A stretch of DNA of 64,000 nt from Camelus dromedarius. Its lineage: Eukaryota. Below are positions 37,690 through 48,756 of this stretch, one piece after another (position 1 is the first letter of the stretch; the number at the start of each line of letters is the position of its first letter). The notes under the pieces were generated by a model. The model was not told where the DNA came from and did not search any database. It saw only the letters and a list, made by a program, of their open reading frames with translations. Where the stretch lies: contig NC_087437.1 of NCBI RefSeq assembly GCF_036321535.1, forward strand, positions 17,548,001-17,612,000, given 5' to 3'. A program made the translations under genes and the position numbers.

Positions 37690-38099
37690 CATTAGCCACT
37701 AGACGCATTTGGCCACTGAGTACTCGAAGTGTGGCAAGTCCAAACTGGGCAGTGCTGTGTATATAAAGTACAAATCAGATTTCGAATACTTAGTATAAAC
37801 AATGGAAGGTAAAACTCTCCATAATTAAAAAGGATATCTTGGATCCACTAGGTTAAGTAAAATAAATCATAGGAATTAATTTTACCTGTTCTTTTGTATT
37901 TTTGCATGACTACTAGGAAATTTAAAATTACAGGGGGAGGGTATAGCTCAGTGGTAGCGTGCGTGATGAGCATGCATGAGGTCCTGGGTTCAATCCTCAG
38001 TACCTCCACTAAAAAAAACCAAAAAAAAAAAAACCCCTAAAAATAAAATGACACATGTGGCTTGCATTTGTGACTCACAGATTTCTACTGGGCAGTGCT
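37690..38099. mobile_element. MER3/MER33-like hAT MITE, interrupted by a SINE
   Basis: 'tagccactag..catttggccactgagtactcgaagtgtgg', 'aattaattttacctgtt', 'ctaggaaatttaaaattaca|catgtggcttgcatt...tttctactgggcagtgct'. Confidence 0.7.
37933..38043 (+). mobile_element. tRNA-derived SINE (vic-1-like)
   Basis: GGGGGAGGGTATAGCTCAGTGGTAG...GTCCTGGGTTCAATCCTCAGTACCTCCA plus A-rich tail. TSD taaaattaca (37923-37932) / taaaatgaca (38044-38053). Confidence 0.92.
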
Positions 38100-39214
38100 A
38101 CTGTTAGTATGATTCTCTAGAATTTGGATTTTGTGGATTCTTCTCAATTTTCCCCCTATTCCTTCTTTTTGCTCTTAATGGCACTTGATTTTTACAGCTA
38201 GGGCTTACCTGTGAAGGAGTTCCTTTCATTGCAAACCCACCAATCAAGTCATTCTTCCTGTAATCTTCCCTCTTAGGCAACCCCTGGCTTTTTAATTTTT
38301 GCCCGTGCAGGGTAACAGCCAGGGATACTTGTGTGTTTTCAGATGCTCTGGAAGGCTAAGGGTGTTTGATGCTTGACTGTTGGGTAAGGAGGGGAGGGAT
38401 GTGAGTTCATTATTTATGGAGTTTTGGGGTGATCACAGCACTCCATTATGCCTCCTCAAAATTATTGGTTTGAGATTCTGCTTAAGAACACAGATTTAGC
38501 TCTAAGCTATCACGCCCAAACTTATAGTATCTGTGAGTCAGCTTCTCTACCCAAGAAACTGAATAAATCTCTGAAATGCTAATCCATCTTTAAGGAGCCC
38601 AATAGTCAGAGTTTCAAGAGAGAGGTTCCCCTCCTTTTCTCCCCCACGAACCCTGGCCATTATTCTCTCTAAGAAGCAGGGATTTGAGACACTCTCAATC
38701 CTGCTTGAGACAGGGATTGGGTATGCACCGTTCTGGCTGCTATCACGGCAGCCTAAAAGATGGCAGCTAAGCCAAGCTGGAAGGAGCTTCTGTTCCCTAT
38801 AGTGGTGGCTCCCCCATGTGTGACACGGCTCTGCTCTCTCGGCATCACCATTTCCAATGAGAAAATAAATTGCCTCTGTGCAGTCGCATGCAAAGCAGAG
38901 AGCCCCCCAAGCCGGCTTTAGCCGGGAGGTTGACAGAGAGCGGGAGTTCCGCGCACTGATTGTTAGAGGGTAGAGCCGGGGATGATTTTTCATTGTCTGC
39001 TGAACTCTGAGCACACCCTCTTGGAGTGGGTCTCAGATTCGAAAACAAATCTTCACAGTGGCTTTTCCAACCTGCTTGGTTTTAGAAGGATGGAGCTGTT
39101 GTCCAAATTTTTCAAAAGCCCACAAAGTTGTGTGACACAGCTTGTATTTTAGCAGAACTATTTCTACTTGACGTTGAACACTCCTATCTACCTAGGCTTT
39201 GTCTACACAGAGGG

Positions 39215-39390
39215 AGGGGCTGTGATGTGGTTAAAACGTGGGCTTTGGGCTCAGGCAGAGCTAGATTTGAATTCCGACTCTACCTCTTTCATTACAGCCC
39301 TGTGGGCTTGGGCAAGGTGAGCCTCACCTTCCACAGCTGTAGAATGGGGACCACAGCAGCGCTCACCTCTAGCTTACGTAGGAATGATGG
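39215..39390 (+). mobile_element. MIR SINE
   Basis: 'gtggttaaaacgtgggctttgg..tcaggcag...ttgggcaag..gagcctca..ttcc...ctgtagaatgggga'. Confidence 0.7.
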
Positions 39391-39855
39391 GAGCTATTAT
39401 TACAACTATTATTATAATGTAAACCAATTTGCAAAGATTTCCTTGAATCAAGAAGTGGATGGATGCTTTAGGAACCAATTGGCTGTGTGGATGACTTTAG
39501 CCTTTTGTTTTCAAGCTGACTCTGAGATATTTGCTTCAATGATCATGAAGTCAATTTTTCCGGAAGAGTGATTTTCAGATGGACACCTTGTCCCCACCAA
39601 TAGGATGCTGTATCAGGATTTAGAGACAATGTGGCCTGAAAAAAATCACATTAAATTTTCTGTTATGGTTTGGATTTGGAAAATTTTATTAAAGTAAATC
39701 TTATTTTTATTCCGCACTACTAACATGGCTCAGAAAGTATGACAAAATCTTCTTGGCCAGTAAGACCATATGGAATACAGATTCTAGGAGTGATTTTCAG
39801 GGTGGGGAGAGATGTGCACGTGTGAGATTTTTATGATAAACACAAAACCTCTTTG

Positions 39856-40038
39856 TTTTATTTTTTTTTATTGAAGTACAGTTGATTTACAATGTTGTGT
39901 TAGTTTCTGAAGTGCAGCATAGTGATTCAGTTATACATATATATATATTCTTTTTCATTATAGGTTATTGCAAGGTATTGGATGCAGTTCCCTGTGCTAC
40001 ACAGTAGGACCTTATTGTTTATATTTTGTATATAGTAG
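39856..40038 (-). mobile_element. Short L1 3' tail
   Basis: 'ttattgaagtacagttgatttacaatgttgtgttagtttct...gttccctgtgctacacagtaggacct'. Confidence 0.85.
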
Positions 40039-41899
40039 CAGAGAGCCTCTTCAGAGCTGATTCTCTGTTTCACCTGTACTCCTGCAATTCTGTTACTTGC
40101 CACCAGATGTACGTGAGCACCATTACCGACTGCAGTCATTAGCTCAAGATAATACATCTATTCCTGGTAATTTGCTTGTCATACTTTTCTATAAAAATAT
40201 AACTTAATTTAATCAATTGACTGCGGTTATAAGAAGCCATCCGAGGCAAGCTGGAGGAAAAGAGTATACAGGTCTATACCATGAATCCTTGAAGAGCACA
40301 TCACTCCCAAGGGGGTGAAAACTGGTTCTCGGAAGCCAAAAAAGTCTCAGTCTTTTTACGTATACAGCACGGAGATGCATGCCGTGCATAAACAGATATA
40401 CAGCATATCTGTGGTATTGACACTGAAGTGGGGGCAATTAGGGAAAAACACCTCAAATGACTCCTTAGGGGGATGGTGATGGAAAGGGACTGGCAAACAC
40501 TGTCTCGCTTCTTGTGGACTAATTTTGATTTTCTTTGAAGACTGGTGAGACCCGAATGGTCACTCTCAGTTTTCCTTGGGGTATGGAGATCCTAGAATGT
40601 GCTCACTACCCACACTGCCCCCCAGGCCTTTTGCTTGGAGAGACAAGGAGTGAAAATCCACCAGCAGCTTTTCTACTCCCGTACACACATTATCTTAATG
40701 CGCTGGCTTACAATAGCTACCTTACCTCATTTTCTTCCTGCTCTTCAACTTGGCCTTCAAAACCTATCCCTTTTGTATTTTTCCCGCTGTTGCTATTTAC
40801 TTCTGAAATAAGAGCGAGCGAGAGAGAGTCCACTGATGGGTGCATCTTAGTTTTGTCCCTGACCCTATGCCCCTAACGTTTAAACAAGATATATAATTAG
40901 TTCAGTGGGTGAGTTCCTGTTTTCATCCTCATTTGTGGGCTGGTTCTTACAACCACCTCCCCTAGGACTAGGTGTTGCAGGCAAGGAGCCGGTCCTCACC
41001 TCTGTTCCTTCCCACCACCCCCAGCCAGGAAGAACCCACCCCGCTGTCCTTCCTTCCACCTCAGGATTTTACTTAGCCTCCAATGTTTTTGTTCTTATCT
41101 TGCTCTCTGTGATAAGTGATGCCCAAAATTCCATCTTGCCCTCCCCACCTACATTTCTTGAGTCAAACATTTTCCATGATTACCTGCGCTTCTTTTTTAA
41201 CCTGTAAAATTTCGATAAAATTTAGAAAACTTGCCATTATCAACATAGAGACAATAATATAATGTGATGATGAAAAGGAGACAATGGAAGAATTATTTTT
41301 ACTGTTTGGGAACACGCTGATATAACGATTTTACCTTGCCCCTGGTGCTTTCTACTTTCTTTACAAGTTATTTTTGTCTGTGCTTTGGATTTCCGAGGTA
41401 ATACAGCCTCAGCTACAGCATGCTATTATGCCGGGAAAGGTCAGCACACGGACCATGGCACAAAGCTCCTCCAAAGCTCAGATGCTCCTGGAACTAGTCT
41501 AGGAGGGGGAGGGGCTTTGCCAGAGGAAGGCAGGAAGTAATCCCAACTGCTGTTTTGTCTGATTCAGGCACATCTAAGGGAGTCCTTGCACCCACGTGGT
41601 GAATGGATGAGTGGCTTAGAACTCACTTGTTAATGTAGCCACACCCCAGGAGGAAGAGCTACATAGAATCCTGGGAAGGCTGGGGGTTGGAGAGCCTTTA
41701 TTTTCTGAGCCACTGGACTCCATGTGGGTTTGTGCTAGGGATGCAGAGAAAAACGTCTCAGTGTCCAGGTTTGATGTTTACTTGCATATAAAATTTTTGC
41801 TTCTCTTTTTCGACGTAAACACACATGGAGGTGTAAGTGTCCTTGCCGTGTTAGACGCGTGTGCGCATGGTAATCCTTCTCCCTAGAAGGGCCTCATCT

Positions 41900-43435
41900 C
41901 CACTGGTCTGACTGACAGTTTGATATTTTGGTGAAGTTTGTTGTTTTAATCTCTTTCTTCATCGTGAAGATGGGCTTCATTTCACACGTTTATTGGCCAT
42001 TTGAGCACTGACTGTATTAGATTATTCGTGTATTTTCCTTTACATATTCCGATAACTATTTGTTGGTTATATATACTTCAAATATATTCTCTTATATATG
42101 GTATGAGTTAGAAAATTAATAATAAGATTAATTATTTTATAATAGTAATTCATTACATTCATTATATAATTGTGGCATGAGATGCAATTCTGGCCAATAA
42201 AACATAGGTGTATTTTTAATTTTATAAGAAATTGTCAAACAGCCTTCCAAAGTGGTGTTACCATTTTCCACTTTCATCAGCATTGTATGAGAATTTCAGT
42301 GGCTCTACATTTCTGTCAACATTTGGTATTGCTAATCTTTAATTTTAGCCTTTCTGGTGAGTATGAAGTGCTATCTCTTTGTGGTTTTAATTTGCATTTC
42401 TCTCATGACTTACGACAATAAGCACCTCTTTCTATGCCTACTGGCCAGTTACATAACTTATTTTGTGAAGCAGTTAATAGATCTTAAACTGTTAGAACAT
42501 CCTTTTGAACTGGAATAAACTCTACTTAGTCATGACCAATTTTTCATACTTTCCTTTATTTACTTTGCTAATATTTAAAAAAATATTTTTCATCTTTGCT
42601 CATAAATGAGATGGACCTACAATTTTTCCTCCTCATAATCTCTTTGTCCTGTTTTGGTATCTGGGTTATACAAATTCCATAAAATGAGTTGGGGTATCTT
42701 TTTTCGTTTTCTACTTTTTGGGACATGTTGATAAAGTAGAAGGTATCTACATCTTGAAGTTTTGATAAAACAACTGTAGAACTGCCAAGACTTGATGCTT
42801 TTACTGATTATGGTTCTAACCCAGTATCCTATTTATTCTCTAGGCCGTTTTGGCAATTTATCTTTTTCATTTTATCTCAGTATTTAAATTGACTGCTATA
42901 AAGGTTTCTGTAACATTTCTTTTTGATTTTAAAATATCTGTTGGATCTGTGGTTAAGTCTTTTAAAAAATTCTTAGTCTTATTTATTTTTTTAGAGGAGG
43001 CTGTCTCTTCCTATGTTCTTCCTTGATCAGTTTTGCCAGAGATTTGTCTATTTTATTGCTGTTTCTACTGTTTCTTTTCTTTCTTACTATTAATCTTATT
43101 ATTTATTATTTCTAACCTTCTACTGTTTGATTTTTCTTGTTTCTTCTCCTAACGTCTTGTGATGCTCACTTTGTTACCCTTCAGTGTTTTTCTTTTTAAA
43201 AATATTCATTCAAGACTACACAATTTCCTCTAAGTACCCTCCTTGGGGCTATGTCACAAATTTTGATGTGTAGTTTTTCCATCATTCAATTCTGAATGTT
43301 CCATACTTTGTCACAGCTTCTTTGTCTCATGAGTTATTTAGAAATGTCCTTTATAAATTAACAAGGCCATGGGTCTTTTTGGGTGTGGTCATCCTTTTCT
43401 GATGTGTTCCAATCTTATTGCATTGCAATCAGAAC
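41900..43435 (-). mobile_element. Decayed old L1 fragments
   Basis: 'ttccaaagtggt', 'gtggttttaatttgcatttc', 'cataaaatgagttggg', 'gccagagatttgtctattttatt', 'aatttcctctaagtac'. Confidence 0.7.
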
Positions 43436-45325
43436 ACATACTCTGAGCTGGATGGTTGGTGTGAATGGCACAGGCATCAGGCTTTGGCTCTTGGATCCAA
43501 ATACTTTGAAATCAGGAATAATGAGACCAAAGAGAATGAAGAGACCAGACAGGATTAATGCTTTGAGTGAAACCCCACCGAGGAAGAGGGTCTTTCTGGG
43601 CTGTTAAATCAGTAGTGAGTATGGATTCCGGTCCCACAGGGAATCTTATTTAAAATCCCCTGCCATCTGGGTAGGACTCTGCAGGACTGCAGGCAATTCT
43701 GCCCACCACAGTCTGAGTAACTGGATATTAAAATGGAAGTTTTAGCTGAAACTCAAAGACTATGGGTGACATATCATAGCCAGAAGCCAGATCATGATGC
43801 CAATTTGCAAAGAAAATATTAAAAAATGAGTTTTCTTTCTCTTAAACATACATGCACATCAAGAGTGGAAACAGTTGGGTTTTTGGGGATTAGAGAGAAT
43901 TTGTAATGAGAAGTTCTTTGGAGAGAGCTTCTTTGTGAGTAACCCCTGTCCTCAGCATGGGAGGGGTGACTTTGCCTCAAGCCTAGTGAGGGGCACTTCA
44001 GTGGGACCACCCAGAGAATGGAGGACATAGTGGCTTGCTGCCTGACTCCCACTGTGTAAATCTTCAAAGAATGAGAGATGGGCTGGCTGACTGCTGGTGG
44101 ACGATTTCAAGGTGGTGTCTATGTTGGGATCATCCTGTGTTAGGGCAAAGGGGCAAGAGTGTCCCTAAGGGCCAGATGACTGCTTGTGTGTGAAAGAGCT
44201 GAGTGCTATCCAATAGGGGATTGTGGAGGGTCAATGGGACCCAACTGACAGAAAGCGGGTGGGGGAACTTCCTAGGGGACTGTGGACACAGGAAGTAATC
44301 AACTGTACTAGAAATGCAGTTGCCTGAGTCAAGCAAATGGCAGGCGAGAAATCAATGGGAATCTGAATAACTTGTGAAAATGCTTCACAGGTGACTCAGG
44401 GTAGGACCAGAGAATCGGGTGTCATCAAGTCATAACTGTGGAGCTTAGGATAGTGCCAGTCAAGTAACAGCTTTCCTGCTCCCCTCCCTTCTCCCCCTGA
44501 GCTCCCAGTCTTGGAGTGTCAGAAACAGTGGCTGGGGATGAGAGAGAAAGTGGGTAAGAAAGCCGGAAGTCAACTACCTCCTCTTCCCAGGTAGCAGGTC
44601 ATCGCTGGGGAGGGAAAGATCAACTGAACTTTGAATGAAGTTAGAAGAGTTGACTATTATGTGGGACAGGACATTCTAACTGCATTTTGAAACTGTCTGT
44701 AGGATTTTTTTCCCTGTAAGTCATTAGAAAAGTCATGGAAACAGTCTAAGTTTCATACAAGAGCAGAAGTACTTACTCTGATGAATAAACGTTAAAGGAA
44801 TATAGAAAGACAGCATAGAAATGCTTTGTGATCACATTCCACGAATTGTGATTATTCAGTGTATTGCTTTTACCCAATATAAAGTGAAATTCTTGGGTAT
44901 CTCAGAAAATTATTGCTTCCTATGGCTTTGGAGCAAAGTAGCTGATGACCAAAGAGGATAAAGGGGCAGGAAGTAATAGTACTAGCCTTAGCACACTCTC
45001 TTTCACATTCATCCTTAAGGAGGTGGACTTTGAGCATCTTTCTAAGAATCTTCCTGCAGGGGACCTGCCTTGGGCCACATAAGGGGAGACACTAGACCAT
45101 GACTGATTTTTTGAAGCCACCCAATTCTCCTGAATCTTTTCCTCCAAGTAGAGGCAGGGCCCTGCCCCCGGGTTCTGCACCAGGACACAGAATTAGGGTG
45201 ACCTGTGGCTGTGGTGAAACACCATTGTGTTCTAACCACTGGAGGGGCCCCTTCTCCTGTGTGCCCACCTGTATGTATCTATCACTGTACTTACTGCATC
45301 ACATTATAATTATCTGCCTACGCGC

Positions 45326-45712
45326 TGTATTGTCTGCTCGGCTGCCATAACAGAATACCACCACCAAGGTGGCTTAAACAAGAAATTTATTTTCTCACTG
45401 TTCTGAAGGCTGGGTGTCCAAGATCAAGTTTCCAGCGTTAGTTTCTGCTAAGACATCTCCCCTTGGTCCACAGATGGCCGACGTCTTGCTGTGTCCTCAC
45501 AAGGCATTTTCTCTGTGTGTGTGCACTGAGAACAAGGGAGCTCTGGTGTCTCTTCTTCTTTTAAGGACACCGAGAGTTGGGGTTGGGGCCCCACTCTTGT
45601 GACCTAAATTTAACCTTAGCTACTCCCTTAAAGGCCCTGTCTCAAAATACAGTCACCCCAGGGGCTGAGGCTTCAACATATGAATTTCGGGAGAACACAG
45701 TTCAGTCTATAA
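45326..45712 (-). mobile_element. MaLR solo LTR (MLT1A/B-like)
   Basis: 'ggctgccataacagaatacca...ggtggcttaaac.agaaatttattttctcac.gttctg.aggctggg.gtccaagatcaag', ending 'ttcaacatatgaattt...acagttcagtctataa'. Confidence 0.85.
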
Positions 45713-45934
45713 TACGCATCATTTACTACTATCAGACTGTTAGCTCCTTGGAGACAGACACTATATTACTCATTTTTGAGTCCCCAAGGCTTTGCACAAA
45801 GCTTAACGCCTAGTAGGTGCTTAATCAATGCCTGTTTGCTGGTCTGATTTCTGGATTTTATTTTCTCTCCATATGACAATCTTCTCATGTCCTTGCCTCA
45901 CGTGAACCCCATCATGGACAAGCGTCTATACCAG

Positions 45935-46335
45935 TTGTGGTAGTCACTTCCACTGTTTGCAGATATCACTGGCTCTCTACTTTCTGGGCCCCTGTTAGAA
46001 TTGTATTCCTTGGGTCCCTCTCTGATTGGATCGGGCTCTGGGTTAGTATCAGACAAAGAAATGTGTGTGGAAGTGACAGGAGTCACTTCCAACTGGAGCA
46101 GTGAGTTGATGGTGTAAGCCCCTCTGGTGACGTTTTGCCCTCTCTCATGGTGGCGGTGTTCCTGGTAGAGGCTGTTTCATTAGCCTGCAACCTAGAGTCA
46201 AAGAGACAGGTAGTGGGCTCCTCCACAAAGCATGGTGAACAAGAAGTTAAGCAAGATAAGTATTATTTTAAAAATCTACTGAGGTTTTGGGGTCATTTGT
46301 TACCATAGCATAAACGAGGCCATTCTGATCAATGC
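45935..46335 (+). mobile_element. Old MaLR LTR (MLT1H/I/J-like)
   Basis: 'gaaatgtgtgtggaagtgac', 'ctactgaggttttggggtcatttgttaccatagcataa...cattctgatcaatgca'. Confidence 0.6.
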
Positions 46336-46794
46336 AGTGTCTCACCCTGTACAGTTCTCTGTACACCTGGACAGTGGAAGGGCACACAGCCAACTAACTG
46401 CACATGCAGTTTCAGTCAAGGGAGAAGCCCTCCTTATTTCACCCTTTCCGCTGATTGAAATCCCACCTTCTTAAGCTCAGGATAAGTCCCTCCTCCATAC
46501 GGCGTTCCTCTGCCATAGCCCATGAGGATCTGCGGTTCCCGCTTCAGGACCCCACGTGACTTTACACTGTAACCTCATTCAAACCTGAAGTGCAGCGGTT
46601 TGTGTAATGGTCTGTTTCCCCTGGGGCACCGCAAGCTCCACGAGCGCAGGGATCCTGATGCCCGGGTCTCTCATCACAGCAATCGGCAAACCTGATAAAC
46701 GATGGTTACACTGAATACTCTCTCCCCACCCATCGCCGTGCGTGTTGTCTGCTCCAAGAAATGGGAGTGGTGGATGGTGTTCCGGCTTCCTGAA

Positions 46795-47020
46795 CTGGAA
46801 AGGACATGAGGCTTGGATTCATACAGATACAGGTGTTAATTTGTGGCTCTGCTGTGCACTAGCTGTGTAGCCTTGGGCAGGTTTCTACACCTTTCTGAGT
46901 CTTGGTTTCCTCATTTGTAAAATGGGGATATTTCTTATCTTGCAGGCTTGCTCTGAAGATTAGATGGCATGTGTCAACCCCCCCACAGTGGCTGGCATAG
47001 TGCAGTGCAAGTTAGTGCTG
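46795..47020 (+). mobile_element. MIR SINE
   Basis: 'actagctgtgtagccttgggcagg...tctgagtcttggtttcctcatttgtaaaatgggga'. Confidence 0.8.
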
Positions 47021-47271
47021 GCTCCTTTTCTTCTGTAATTCGTTCATTTGGGAAAGCAAGATTGGAAGCTGAGGAAAGGTCTTGCACAGGTTATAGAGGA
47101 GACATTCTAGAATATCTGGCTCTTCCAGTTTCCCTCTAGAAGGACATTTGGGGATCCTATGTCCAAAATTTTTTTTTTTTTTTTTACTTTTCTCTAAATT
47201 TAGGCAGCCTTAAACCTCGCACCCGTTAGTGAGGGGTAAATGTATGGCAATAAGACATTTAGGTGGAATCT

Positions 47272-47712
47272 GATTAAAAAAACAGTCAGAGGAACTGAAC
47301 AGACATTCTCTACAGATGACATCCAAATGGCCAACAGGTACATGAAAAGGTGCTCAACATCACTATCATCAGGGAAATGCAAATCTAAACTGTAATGAGT
47401 GAGTTCTTGCCTTACACTTGTGAGGAATGGCACAAAGACAAGAAATAACGAGTCTCGGTGAGGATGTGGAGAAAAGGAAACCATTGTGTTTTGTTGGTGG
47501 GAATGCACAACGGTCCAGTCATTAGGGAAAACAGTATGGAGGTTTCTCAAAAAACCAGAAGTAGAACTACCATATGATCCTGCAATCCCATTTCTAAGTA
47601 TTTAGAAGGGAAACAGAATCACTATCTTGAAAAGACGTCTGCACCCCCATGTTCACTGCAGCATTATTTGCAATAGCCAAGACGTGGAAACATCCCAAGT
47701 GTCCATGGAGAT
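47272..47712 (+). mobile_element. L1 ORF2 3' fragment
   Basis: 'aacagacattc...aaatggccaacaggtacatgaaaaggtgctcaacatcact', 'gaactaccatatgatcc.gcaatccca', 'caatagccaagac.tggaaac'. Confidence 0.85.
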
Positions 47713-48477
47713 ACACAAACATATATATATTTAAGTAATCAGACTGGATTTCAAGCCCATGCCTGTGTGACTGGGGGGTGAGGAAGGAGTGTCTTATGAC
47801 TGACAGCCCCCCAGGTCCACTTAGACGAGGGAAGGGGTTTCTCCAGAGGAAGAGCCTGGCCAGACCAATACACATGGTGATTCATCATACAGACCCTCTC
47901 AGTTTCCCAAGTTCGCCCCGTTTTATTATTATTTCTTCCTCTAGAGGACTCTTTTCATTAAGTGTCTTCCTCACACGTAATGGATTTCCTTCCACTGTTG
48001 TTTTGACTTGGAGTTTACCAATCACTTAATTAGAATTAAAGGGCCTCTTAACCTTTCTCCAATGTGTAAGTTCAAACGGTGAGCACACAGTGGATTTCTG
48101 GGGAGTGTCTCTGGAAGGAAATAATTGAACACGATAACATCACCTGAACTCTTAGGATGATTAGCTGCTCATTTCCTTAGCGTTTTCCCCAGAGTTGAAA
48201 AAGCATTTTGGGTGAAGCTTCAGCCTTCACACAGGTAGTGAAGGGGACAAGCCTGGCTGTTTCCGGGGAGCTTGTGGCAGGTGCTAGGACTTTAAGAACA
48301 TGGTCCTGTGCCTTGGTAACCTAGCGAGGGGCCCAGTAATGTACATGTCCCATTCTATAACATGACCTCGGTGAGTCTCCGGTCATATTAATGTTCTGGA
48401 TCAGATTTTGTGCTTTATGTTGATAGCGTGACTAGAGAGCCAGATATGCCCAGTCGTGCCCTGCCAGTCACCTCCTG

Positions 48478-48756
48478 GGATGGTCAGTTTTGTGGGTCAG
48501 TTTGACTGGGGCAAAAGGTGCACAGATTAAACATAATTTCTGGGTGTGTATAAGTGTGTTTTTGGGTTAGCATTTGAATCCATGGATTCAGTAAAGTTGA
48601 CTGCCCTCCCCAACGTGGGTGAGCATTATCTAATCCATTAAGGACCTAAATAGAACAAACGGGCATTGGAAGGAAGAATTAGCCCCCCTTTTGCTTTCTT
48701 CCTGTCTGCTTGAGTTATCCTGCTGGTTCTGTTTCTCTGGAGAACCTTGAGTAGTC
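48478..48756 (+). mobile_element. ERVL LTR (MLT2-like), internally deleted
   Basis: 'ttgactggg..aaaaggtgc.cagatt', 'tgccctccccaa.gtgggtg.gcat', ending 'ggttctgtttctctggagaacc.tga'. Confidence 0.75.

Noticed and set aside
37933..38008. tRNA gene (also 8666-8742, 29952-30026, 55484-55558)
   Set aside because: A and B boxes are present, but the copies differ in the anticodon arm and have SINE tails, and three of them have TSDs. They are tRNA-derived SINEs, not tRNA genes.
43450..44870. Possible ancient LTR/Gypsy-like element
   Set aside because: The composition looks LTR-like, but I could not identify termini, a TSD or a family, so it is not listed as a feature.
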